A stretch of DNA of 63,761 nt, counting the filler, from Raillietiella orientalis (taxonomy: Eukaryota): assembly GCA_036172245.1 (NCBI GenBank). It is 3 parts of 3 records of this genome, joined end to end, with 100 filler letters (N's around TTAATTAATTAA, not from the genome) between each part and the next. Parts side by side here need not be neighbours in the genome. Positions count along the whole stretch, not along the records: positions 47,332 to 63,761 come from JAYWIR010000252.1; 2 more parts are not named here. One strand, given 5' to 3'. The notes beneath the pieces are model-generated. The model ran no database searches and was not told the DNA's origin. It was given only the letters and a program-made list of their open reading frames with translations. Positions 51,640 to 62,149 of this stretch are shown here, piece by piece. The position numbers were made by a program, and so were the translations under genes. The stretch's first letter is position 1; every line of letters begins with the position of its first letter.

Positions 51640-54050
51640 CATCGATGCGATCACATTAGTGAACTCGGACGTCAAGTTGTTCTCGAAATTTTGGGTGGCG
51701 CGGATGGGGAGGATCGCGAAGTCTTTGGTATGTCCGGAGCAGACCTACGCTGTTCCTGGGCGGTCCAAGGACGCGACCCTCTTGTTCATCCGCACATGGC
51801 TACAATTGAATCATCGCGTGGCGATGGATCGTCATGCGGAACCGACGCCTTTGATCTCTCACCGACGGAAGCACGGGTCGCAAAGGGAAACCCCGGTAGC
51901 CTTGAAAGTTGCAGTCGATTTGTACAAATCTTTCGATTGCGTGAATCAAAAGCTTCTTCTTGAGCTCTTTGAACGTCTGGGTCTCCCGGCATCCCTGTTG
52001 GCGTACTTGCGCTCCTGCTGGCTACGCGCGATTACATCCATTGTTTTCAGTGGCTGTCGCGAGTACGGTGTGCCGGTACGGCGAGGAATTAGGTAGGGCG
52101 TTAGCTTAAGCCTGCTGCTCTTTAGCATCTATTTTGAATTGGTGCTGGAGGCTTACAGGCTGACGCTAGCCAACCTGCCGAGCTCCTGTCCAGGTACGCC
52201 GACCGCTGCAGACTATGCCGACGACCTGCTTCTGTTGTTCATGTCCACCCCGGCGGCGTCGGTTGAAGAGTTGATCCGTTGCCGTGCGGGCGTGAGCTTC
52301 AAGAGTAGTAAGTGTATGGTTGTGACGAAGGAAGCGACGTAAGAGGGGCAGTTCGACTGGATCCACCTAGGGATCTACACGTGCAGGTACCTGAGGTACC
52401 TTGGCGTGCGGTTGGGCGACTTGTGCATCTCAGAAGCGTGGTCGGACTGCCTTCATAAGGCAGAGCGTGCACTTGGCCCGTTCTCAGGAGGCGGGTTCGT
52501 CTTCACGCAACGGGCCAGAATCTAAAACACCTTCGTTACTTCCTCCTCCTACCCCTGTTTTTTGTTTGCTTACCCCTCCAGGAAGTCAAAGTTTGGGCGC
52601 ATCTCCTTCTACGCAAAGCGTCGTGGGGGCTGAAAGGTCCCGCGTAAGACTGAAAGACTTGGTGGCGCCGCCTCAGGATGCAGGCTTGGGCATCCTGGAC
52701 TGAAAAATCATCGAGCTGCAGGTGCAGCTTCGTATTCTGCGGCTCTGTGCCGAGCTGTGGTGTACGCCGTGATGCTTACCCGCATGCCTTATACTAAGGC
52801 ACTGTACGGGAAGCAAGGGACTGCTTTCATTGCTGCTTTACTTTCGGCACACCAGAATAGGGTTTGGTTTTTCTCTGAGGCAGCTGTACTCACTGCTGAA
52901 AGCCCAATGTTGGATCTCCTGCCGCCCCATGAACATTAATTTATGGCGGCAGAGACCTTTTTTATCATGAGCAGCTTCGGAAGGAACGCGCCCGGAAGAT
53001 CTTTGAAGCCTGCGACTTCTCCTCAGTCATCCAATGGACGAAGTCATGCAGGACAAGATGAAGAAGGATCGTTGGGCCGACACACCACTCGCCGCAGCGC
53101 TGTCTGCCCTTCAAGTTAAGCAACGACAGTTGCCTACAGGTGAAATAAGAGTTCTACTGTATAATAGCGGGAATCAGTATGCTCCTCGGCGGCTGGACGG
53201 CAAAGCAGCTGGTGGAAACAGCAACTCCTCGTAATCGGCCCAAGGGCCTGCTTCGGTGGAGTGAGCATTTAAGGGTAACCCCGAAGAGTGGTTCTCCCCG
53301 GTTGTTTGGACAGCTCCGTGTTCCCCTCAAAGTAAAAACAATATTTTCTGCTCTTTTTACACTGTATTCTGCATCGTAGCAGCGTTTCCGTGGGAGCTGC
53401 TTTGCCAAACTGTTCGACGTGTGGAGAGATCGAGTCTTTTCCGCAGCTCTTTTTGAACTGCGGTAACCTCCGTGAACTGTGGCGAAGGCCATCCTGCCGC
53501 AGGAAGGCACTTCCAGTGATGTGCCGCGAAGCTTCTTTCGCAGAAATGTATTTTCGGTAGTCGCGATTGTCACAGCCATGTGTTGGATTCGTGTTATCGT
53601 GAACACCCACTACGCCCTGTGGTTGCCAGCGCTGCGAAGAAAAGCTCACCGGTTTGCAGCATGATCTATGGAAAAGGCTGCTAGGTGGCCTTATCTTCGT
53701 TACGAGGTCAAAGAGGACATCGTCGGCATCCATTGCTGGTTATCAGACTTTCAAGAACGGCGTAATCCGGTGACCACTTTGATCTGTTGCCCACCCATAC
53801 CCATTCCCCTATCGCTCTGCTAAAATGTCGGTGTATTACTTTTATCCCGATACGCACCAGAGCCATCCCAAAGACCCTTGTGTCAGCGTCCCTCATTGTT
53901 TTCTTTTTCTTTTGTTTTTGTTTGTTTGTATTCGTTGTCCCCACAAATTGTTAACGAGACTGTTATTCTGGCCTGCGTGCCAGCAATCTTATATTGATCC
54001 TCGTTCATTCGTCGGTTGGGATCATGGTTCCCAACTGGTTTATTTTATAT
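51640..54050 (+). mobile_element. L1/Tx1-like ORF2 (RT through 3' UTR), decayed
   Basis: ITLVNSDVKLFSK, EQTYAVPGRS, VDLYKSFDCV, VRRGIR*G, DYADDLLLL, YLRYLGV, RLKDLVAPPQDAGLGILD; U-rich tract at ~53897-53930. Confidence 0.9.
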
Positions 54051-54199
54051 GATTGTTTGTGTTTATGTTATATGGAATGAACTCTTCGGCGTAATCTGGT
54101 GAGAAATCTCCTGGACTTCTTCTCCTCTGAGAGCGTGAACCTTTTAAAAAAGAATCAGGTCGAAAGGTCGCAGGGTGTCGGCCACGCTCCGCCTCTTGC

Positions 54200-55292
54200 T
54201 TTAGCTACCTAGCCCGTTGACATTCCAAGAGGACATACGCAGCTGCCTTAAAGAGGCGATTCCACGCATCATACTAATGATGGTGGTGGCCTTATCGTCC
54301 TGTGCAACGCAAAAGAATGTGTCCCGTTTGGAACTCCGTTGCGTGGACCTTTCCTCATACTGTGTAGTGAGGGAGGTGCTGGAAGACCAGGACCAGTGGA
54401 CACGCCTAGCCGCTACGTCACTCGCCGAATCACTGTCTGCACTGATGATGCGAGACGACAGTGACCTACCTGCGAAGTTGGAGGTCGCTTGTGGAATTGC
54501 AGGCGAAACCTGACTGCTGGGAGGCTGGCGGACTTGCGAGCTGGCAGAAGCTGCCCCCCTCGGTTTCGTGCCAAGGGACTTCTCCGGTGGAGGGACCTCC
54601 TAGGGGTGCCCACCGAAGAACTTGTGGTCCCTTCTGCGTGCTTGGACGCGAATGTCTTCCCCCTTCGTTGGAATGAAGACGCTCTTCTGCTGGTGCTTTG
54701 GGGTCTGTGCTGCAAACAGCGGGCGCACCTGGTTTCCTGGGGAGTTGCTTCTTCGAACTGTGCAACATGCGGAGCGGTGGAAACGCCTCCGCATTTGCTA
54801 TTTGAATGCGCTGCCCTCCAAGAGCTGTGGCGGCGGCTGTCTTCAGCGCTCCTGCACCCCGGACACACCACAATGGATTGGATGCGCCACTTCTTCACGC
54901 GTAGCGGTCTTTCTCTTGGAGCTGTCGTCGCAATCATCTGCTGCGTCTGCGCCATTGTCAGGGTCCGCCACGTATTGCAGGTGCTAGCGGTACCAACATC
55001 GGTACCCGACACTGCAGACTGCAACCAAAAAATGGCTGCCAGGTGGTCACACCTCGGAACAAAAGTGAGAATGGAGATTGCCGGCATTCACCGCCTCTGC
55101 TGAGAATAAGAACGGCTGGACTGCATACCCCTGTCCCCATTTTTCCACCCTATTTATTTATTTATTATCCTCTCCCTATCGTTTCGAACTCTCAGTGTGC
55201 CCGGCCTGGGAGTCGGGAGCCCTCTTTACCATATTCTGTTCCCCTTGCTTGGGAGCAGAGTTCCCAGAATATATTATTAATAAACCTACAGG
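54200..55292 (+). mobile_element. L1/Tx1-like ORF2 C-terminus (zf-RVT plus UTR)
   Basis: NCATCGAVETPPHLLFECAALQELW; stop at 55103; TTATTAATAAA at 55274-55284. Left boundary approximate. Confidence 0.85.
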
Positions 55293-56400
55293 CGCAACCC
55301 AGTAATATACGACGACGCTGCATTCTTTCCTTATCTCGCTACCCTCTTGTATTTTGTTTCAGTGGGCGAGTTTCTTTTCTAGTCGGCTTTCTCTTTCCGA
55401 CTTTCTTTTCGGTTTTGTACCTTGCTACCAGGGTTCCTCGCCGATTCTCTCTACCTTTTCGGCGTACTTTGCCGCGGTTTCAAGTGAGTGCTGAAACATG
55501 GGCGCGGGTGGCACAGCTTTAGCGGCAGCTTTTGCGGCCAGCATTTTGTATTAGCTGTAAGCGTTTTTTAGGTTCCTTACGGAAACCCTACGCACAGCGG
55601 CTTTTGACAACACCTCCATTGTGTGGCCCATTGTCCCGAATACTTGGCACTGTACGTTGGGGCATCTCCTTTTGAGTTGTCCCGACGTGTTGCAGAAGCC
55701 ACAGAATTTGGGCTTTCCCACGTACCAGAGGTCGACGCTTTCGCCAACAAATACCATTTTGTGAAGAAGGGTAGAGCCTTATGGTTACTCGTGCAGCCAT
55801 CAAGCCGCATTGAAGTTTAGTATGGTTTTCGAAAGGACTAGGCTTGGTTCACACTGCATGGACCGTGCCTTGTTCTCCCAACGCGGCGCGTACTCAATCT
55901 ATCCGCATTCGCGCGGTCACTTCTAAAAGGTGGACCACCATACTGGGGTCCGTCTTAATGGGGACCGGAAGGCTGCCTGCCTGTTTCCATGACCACGTTG
56001 GTTTTGATCAGACGTTGGGTCAGATCTGCGTATTTTCAGATCTCTCAACGTACTGCCCCCCGCTGCGGATGGTCAAAGCGCAGAGCTCCTCCTTTTGTAC
56101 ATTGAGAGCATTCATCCTTCTCGAGAATTGGCGCACGCTTTTAGAACATTAATGATTGCCTACCCTGTAGATCAGTGAGGGGTTGTTCCCCTCCTCCACA
56201 TAGGCTGAAAATTCCACCGATCCTGCCGGTAATGGTGCCGTTACGACGGCACTTAACACCCGCGCTGCAGCGGGGAACTACAATGTGATTGCCGATGCCC
56301 GCACTTCCATCGCCACTGATAACGACGTTGCCGCCGCCTCCTGACACTCACTGTTGTTCTTCTCAGGCCTGTTCGACCACCGAACCACACAATGCTTGCA
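55293..56400 (-). mobile_element. L1/Tx1-like ORF1, decayed
   Basis: VGESVDLWYVGKPKFCGFCNTSGQLKRRCPNVQCQVFGTMGHTMEV, homologous to the 49246-50930 ORF1. Confidence 0.8.
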
Positions 56401-56485
56401 CCTAGGCAAGGTTCCTGGCACGAAGAGCAACGAGAAAATACGCCTGTCCTAACGCGCGTAAAGGATTTGATTTTCAACTGGATTT

Positions 56486-57340
56486 TCCCGGGTCGTTTAT
56501 TTAAGAATAAACTTTACAAGAAGATGACAGTGGCTGCAGCAATGCTCCAGCCACGCACGAAGAAACGCGGAGCCTGCCGGAGCAACGGTTCGCAAACCCG
56601 TGCAGTCCTCCTAGGCAGCACGGGGAAAGGGGTAAAACAAAAAATTAAACAAAAGAACAAAAAAAGTGGGAGGGTACGGGAAGATATCACTGTTGCTGCT
56701 GGGACCGTATGATCCTTCTCAGGATGCCGGCAAGCTCTTCCTGCAATAGCGAATCCATATTTGGCAATCGCGATGCCCTCCTCAGGAATTGGGGCGCTCA
56801 ATGGATGATTTCCTCATCGGATGGTCTTCCGGTGGCCATGCTCCATGCAGCAATAATCCCGCAAAGGCAGCACATCGCGGCTATCGAGGCTGCTGGCCGG
56901 AGGGCGTCGGCAGCGAAGAAGGCTTTTAAAGAGTCCCTGGGGTTGCCGCAGTGGATTCCGAAGGCCACGGCAAAGCGGAACCAAAGGGGACGAAGAACAA
57001 CACAATCCACTAGGAGGTGGGGGAGGGATTCTTGTTCCTCACACCTTACACAGTTGACATCGACTGCTTCCCAGGTCCAGTGGTGTCGGCGGGCGTTGCA
57101 ATGGAGTCCATAATGCTTCAACAGTAGAGCCGACTTCTGTCATTTTGACGGAAGCGTGTACTTGTTTCTTAGCACCGAAGACACTTTAGATGTTCATTCG
57201 GAAAATAGAGCAGCGCGATCCCGCTCAGGAGTCCATTAGGAGGCGTGTTCGGGGTCACAGCATCTGTTGACTGGCCCGACTTCCACTCTCCCAGCTTCTT
57301 CTCTTTTCCGGAGATGATTGCTTCGAACGCCCACTTCGCC
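56486..57340 (-). mobile_element. L1/Tx1-like ORF2 3' end
   Basis: VNCVRCEEQESLPHLLVDCVVLRPLW; U-rich UTR; GTTTATT-TAAG-AATAAAC hairpin at 56495-56512. Confidence 0.85.
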
Positions 57341-57354
57341 GAAACATCGCTGTC

Positions 57355-57510
57355 ATGAACTTCAGCATCTAGTTTGAGTTGGTGCTAAGAGCATACAAGG
57401 AGACTTTGGCAACCGTACCGAGCTCATGTCCCGGCACGCATGCCGTGTCGACCTATGCCGAAAAGTTTCTGCTTCTGCTTCCCGCGCTCATGCAGGCATC
57501 GGCGCTCGAC
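57355..57510 (+). mobile_element. Short RT (YADD-region) fragment
   Basis: TTCAGCATCTAGTTTGAGTTGGTGCTAAGAGCATAC... closely matches 47332-47480. Confidence 0.8.
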
Positions 57511-57523
57511 TGAATCCCGCTTC

Positions 57524-60280
57524 GCCGGGACGTTTATTTTGTCAAATAAACCTATCTACACTTTGAGTGAACCAGCAGTACAGCCACGCCCTAGAAAGTA
57601 TCAGCAAGCCGGGCTATCGGAGTGCCGACCGGCGCGGTCGACCTAGGCAGCAGAGGGGAGGGTGAACGAAAGAAAAAGAAAACAAAAAAATTAACAAAAC
57701 TGGGGAGGAAGCGTAAAGGGATCAGTGCCTGCTGAGAGGGTCCATCATCCTGTGGAGGATGCCGGTAAGCTGTTGCTGAATGGAGGATTTTAGATGGGAC
57801 ATCGCGTCCTCAACCGCAGGAAGCGGGCGGCATACACGGTGGTATGCCCGTCTCTGGATCCTTGTGTCGCTTTGCTCCGTGTCACGACGATCCCGCGTAA
57901 GCAGCACTAAGCTACAAGCCAGGCCGCTGTAGGCAAAGCGAATTAGACGAAAAAGGGGCGAAAAGCGCCTCAGGGGTTGCCTCCGGAGATACCCAGGGCC
58001 GCGGCAAAGAATTCCCGCAAGGGACGGAGGGCAATACAATCCACTAACAGGTGAGTGAGATTTTTCCTCTCCTTACACCTCACACAATTAGGGTTGACAC
58101 CCCTCTGCGACCAGTGGTGTCGCGGGAGATGCAGGGAAGTTCCCAATGCAACACCAGCAGTGCCGAATGTTGTCATTTAATTGGGACAGTGTGCGAGACT
58201 ATGAGCACCGGGAGCTTCTCGCGATGTTCTTCCAAAACATTCATTAGCTCGCCCCTGCGCAACAGTCATTTTAGGGTGGTCCTCGGAGTCGCAGCGTTGG
58301 TCAGCCGGCCCGTTCTTCAATCACCGATCTTCTTTATCCTGTTGGCGATCTTAACAGCAACCTCCCATTGTGCCGCGATGTCGCTTCATACATGATCCCG
58401 TAGGGTAGGCAGTACCACAGCAAGGAAGGTTCATTGTGCCTACGCTCTACTTCGGGAATCCTGGACGATTTCTCGGAGCGTGCGGTGGACGTGCGGTCGG
58501 AAATGAGCTATTTGCCCGTATTGAGGGCTCTGCTCTTGAGTCATTGCCCACGTGCGAAAGGTTTCCGGCAGCCAGGCAGTACCGTTCGCGAAGCGTACGA
58601 AGAACGATCTCATGTTGGTCTTTACTTGTTTGATCGCCCTCTGAAGCTGGATTTTGCAGTGGCATTTCGGTCTTCGAAGTGCAAAGTAGGACGAGATTCC
58701 CGCGTTTCCCTTGGTTTCTCTGCTCGACGAGGGGACGTGCAGGGACGCAACAGGGGGTTTACCACTTATTTGTGATTAAAGCAACTATCGGAAACTGGAG
58801 CTGAAGCTCCAGCCGCTGCAGCGTTAGGAGGCTTAGACCACCATCTCGACGAAGAACGCACAAATCCGAAAGACGGACTCAGGGTCTTCTTGTTCCCCGA
58901 AAAGCGATCCTTAGGAGCTCCTTCGTCCTTTTCCTTAATCCCGCAGAGAAGGGGGCAAACAGAAAGCAACGGAGGAAGCAGGGGAGCCGCAAACGCGTTC
59001 CACGCCGCGGATCGTTCCTGAAGGAATAAACTGCCGTTCTGGAACGGGTCGATCGTTCCCTGAGCCTTCTGAAGGCAATCGGAGCACGTTTCCGCAAGGA
59101 AATAATTCCCTAAAGGCACACCAAAGTCCTTAAGTACCTCATCGTGGGGATCCACAAACGGACCCAGTTCTGCTTCTTTGCTCACGTCTCTCCGATTGGC
59201 ATGACGGTCGACTTCGCCCTGTTCATCGTTAGTCCTGTTTCACGAGTCAGCTGGTCGAAATACTCCTCGATCTCCGAAGCCGGGGTGGACATAGGTAGCA
59301 GAAGCAGCAGGTCTTCCGCGTATGCCAAAACCGCAGGTGTACTAGGACATTCGCGCGGCAGGAGCGTCAGAGTCGCCCTATACGATCTCAGCACCAATTT
59401 GAAAAAGCCGCTGAAGAGCAAGGGGCTCAGGCTGTCTCCCTTCCGTATGCCGCGTCGCACCGGTACGGCGTTCACGGTTTGCACGCTGAAAAATACGTTA
59501 ATGAGTGCATCGCGCCATCTCGAGCGCAGGTAGGCCAACAAAGAGGCCGGGAAGCCCAAGCGTTCCAGATGCTTCAGCATGAGATTCTGGTCGACGCTGT
59601 CGAATGCCTTACGCAAGTCGACCGCGACCGCAAGGGTTATCTCCCCCACCCGATTATCCCGACTTCCACCGACGAACGCATTGGAATTCCGGTTGCTCAA
59701 TAAGCCCCTTCGTTGATGGAGCTCTAACCATGTGAAAGCTTGAAACAGGTTTGCCTGCATGCATCGCACGGGAACAGCTCCTGCGTGATGCACGCGATGC
59801 ATCAGCCCGGAGCATGTCTGCCCCGGGCTGATGAAGGCGTTTACAACCATTCGTATTTGCTATGCCCAAAGGTTGGCTAGCAACTTGGCGTCAGCATTCA
59901 CCATTGTGATGGTGCCAGTTTTTCATGCTCCTTAGATCTCCATTAGTGGGGAACCGCACCTTTGCCGATCGAAACGAGTAGGAACGTCACCTGTCTTGCG
60001 TATCAGCAAGGTAAGTTGATGTACTAGGGGAGTGAGCTCTGCCGCGAAAGTATGCTAGAACTTCGCCGGCAGGCCGTCCTCCCCTGGTGCCTTGCACCTC
60101 TTGAGCTTTCCGTTGGCTGAGATGATATCGCCCTTCGTGAAAGGCTGGTCGATGGACTTTCTCTCCTACCTCCGGATAGCTGCTGCGCCTTCCGGAAGCA
60201 AGAGTCGTGAAACATCCCGCTCGGGCGGCGCTCTCGAGCACGGGATGCGTGCGAACGTGTTTTCTCTGCGCTTTTGACGC
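57524..60280 (-). mobile_element. L1/Tx1-like ORF2 from the pre-RT linker to the 3' end, decayed
   Basis: KAPGEDGLPAKF, VDLRKAFDSVDQ, VRRGIRKGDSLSPLLF, AYAEDLLLLL, MNRAKS, NCVRCKERKNLTHLLVDC; hairpin at 57532-57551. Confidence 0.92.
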
Positions 60281-60359
60281 ATAAGTTTGCGAAGCTTTTT
60301 TTAGTTTGTTTGTGAGTGTTATATCGCCGGTGTGCCATGGTAGGATTGCCTGAGGGCAC

Positions 60360-61142
60360 CGCGATGGATATTGAAGAGGGAGAGGCTTGTTCCGCTCCCT
60401 AACCTACGGAGGTGGGTGCAATTGCCCCCACGGAGTAGAGGACAACCGCCTCCTTGGAAAAGGAGCAACCGCCCCCTCGGATGATAGAGCAACCGCCCAC
60501 TTTGAAAAAAAAAACAAGCACGCTCCTGGAAAAGGGCGCAGCCGCCCCCTCGAAAAAGGGGGCAACGGCGTCCGTGGATCCGTCTTCTCCAACCACGAAG
60601 ACCTGGAGCGCCATGGCTGCAGCGCCATCTTTTGCAGCTATAGCAGATCAGCGTGCCTTCCTTGAACAAGTATTCAAGCCGTCGTTGATTTACAAGTGTA
60701 GGAAATTTGTTTCTGGAGAATACCACCTGCAATTTCGAGAGGGAGTTGAAGCGGTTGAACGTGAAAGAGGAGGACCAGGAAGGCGTTTCAGTGCTAAGTG
60801 CGGGTCAGCGATGGGAGCAGCTTGCAGAGATACGAGCATGGCTCAGCGCCTGCTTAATTTCCTCGGCATGCTGGAAGGCAGAAACGTCTTCTCGGTTACC
60901 GAAAACCGCTCTGTGGTAACGCACCACACGGGAGTTACCCTCAAAATGTCGAAAAGCCTCGTGAAGGAGGGACTCAGTAAATAAGGTATGGTGCAAGCGC
61001 TCTGGACCAAGCCGAACGTCTTCCAAAGTTACGGAAGATTGTTCACTGGCATGGAGGCAGCGCGTGTGACCGTCAACGCAAACGGCGGGCTACAGCTCAG
61101 GGTGAACGTCGGCAACGAGGCCGTCGATATTTACTACGTTCT
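60360..61142 (+). mobile_element. L1/Tx1-like ORF1 N-terminal part, ends just before the zinc knuckles
   Basis: KTWSAMAAAPSFAAIADQ..FKPSLIYK, VTENRSVV.HHTGV, FTGMEAARV, VNVGNEAVDIYYV; parallel to the other two ORF1s. Confidence 0.82.
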
Positions 61143-61144
61143 CA

Positions 61145-62000
61145 CCCGGATATGCCTGGGCACTTATTTTTGGAAAATAAAAAGACATTGCCCTATTGCG
61201 TGGCGAACCAAAAGGTCCACCACACCAAAACAGCTTGCTGCTTGCCAGAATTCACCAGGCAAGGTCCTTCCGATGCACGGGTTAGGGATAAAGGAAACAA
61301 AACAAACAAAAGTTCAAACGTGGTAGGGCATTAATCTTTTAGGGAAGGGAGGGTAAGGAAGGGAACACATTGCGCACGAATGGGTCCTTTAGATACTGTT
61401 GATGATCCTCACAAGCTAGTGCTATCTGCTCACAAATGGTGCCACTTGCGCACACTTCCCACGGAAAGGCGAATTCAGTGCAAGGCGTTGCCGCTAGCCT
61501 GACGCCTTCTTCTAGTGACGAACGAAGCCTCCACGATTCCTCGAATGCAGCAGAGGACTGCTACACAAGCGGACAGGGACGATGCGTCACGAGAGAAGAG
61601 GCGCCTAAAAACGTCCTCAGGGCCGCTTACGCGCAAGTCCAGTCTTCCGCAAGGCGATCCCATGAAAGGCGGAGAGCATTGCACTCAAGAAGAAGGTGGG
61701 GGAATGTCTCTTTCTCTTCATTCCGGTCGCACTGGGGATCCGCAGCCCCCGTTTGCAGTGATACAGTCGTGCTTTGCACGGTAAACCTTAATGTTCGACA
61801 AGCAACGCCAGCCATTTCAGGGGGAGGGATCCACTGTTCCAGGACGCTGAGTTTCACTTCATCTCCTCCGGAGATAGTCCGAATAGCTCGCCCCATCGTC
61901 AAATTCCGATGAGCGGCACACTCGGCGTCGCAGCTTCCGTTAGATGTCGCGATGTCTACGCCTTAATCATTTGTGTCCTGCCGTCAATGTTGCAGGAGAC
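61145..62000 (-). mobile_element. L1/Tx1-like ORF2 3' end
   Basis: PQCDRNEEKETFPHLLLECNALRLSWDRL, AVLCCIRGIV; TTATTTT-TGG-AAAATAA at 61164-61180. Confidence 0.85.
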
Positions 62001-62149
62001 CATTCATTTCCCCTGCTCGATGCTGACACTAGAGCTGACAAGAAATGCATCACTGGAGCAAGATGAGTAATCAAAGCCCACAGAAGCACGTCGCAGGACT
62101 GCACGATATCCTGCAGCGTCCAGCGGCCATACCTTTTCAGGCAAGTGTT

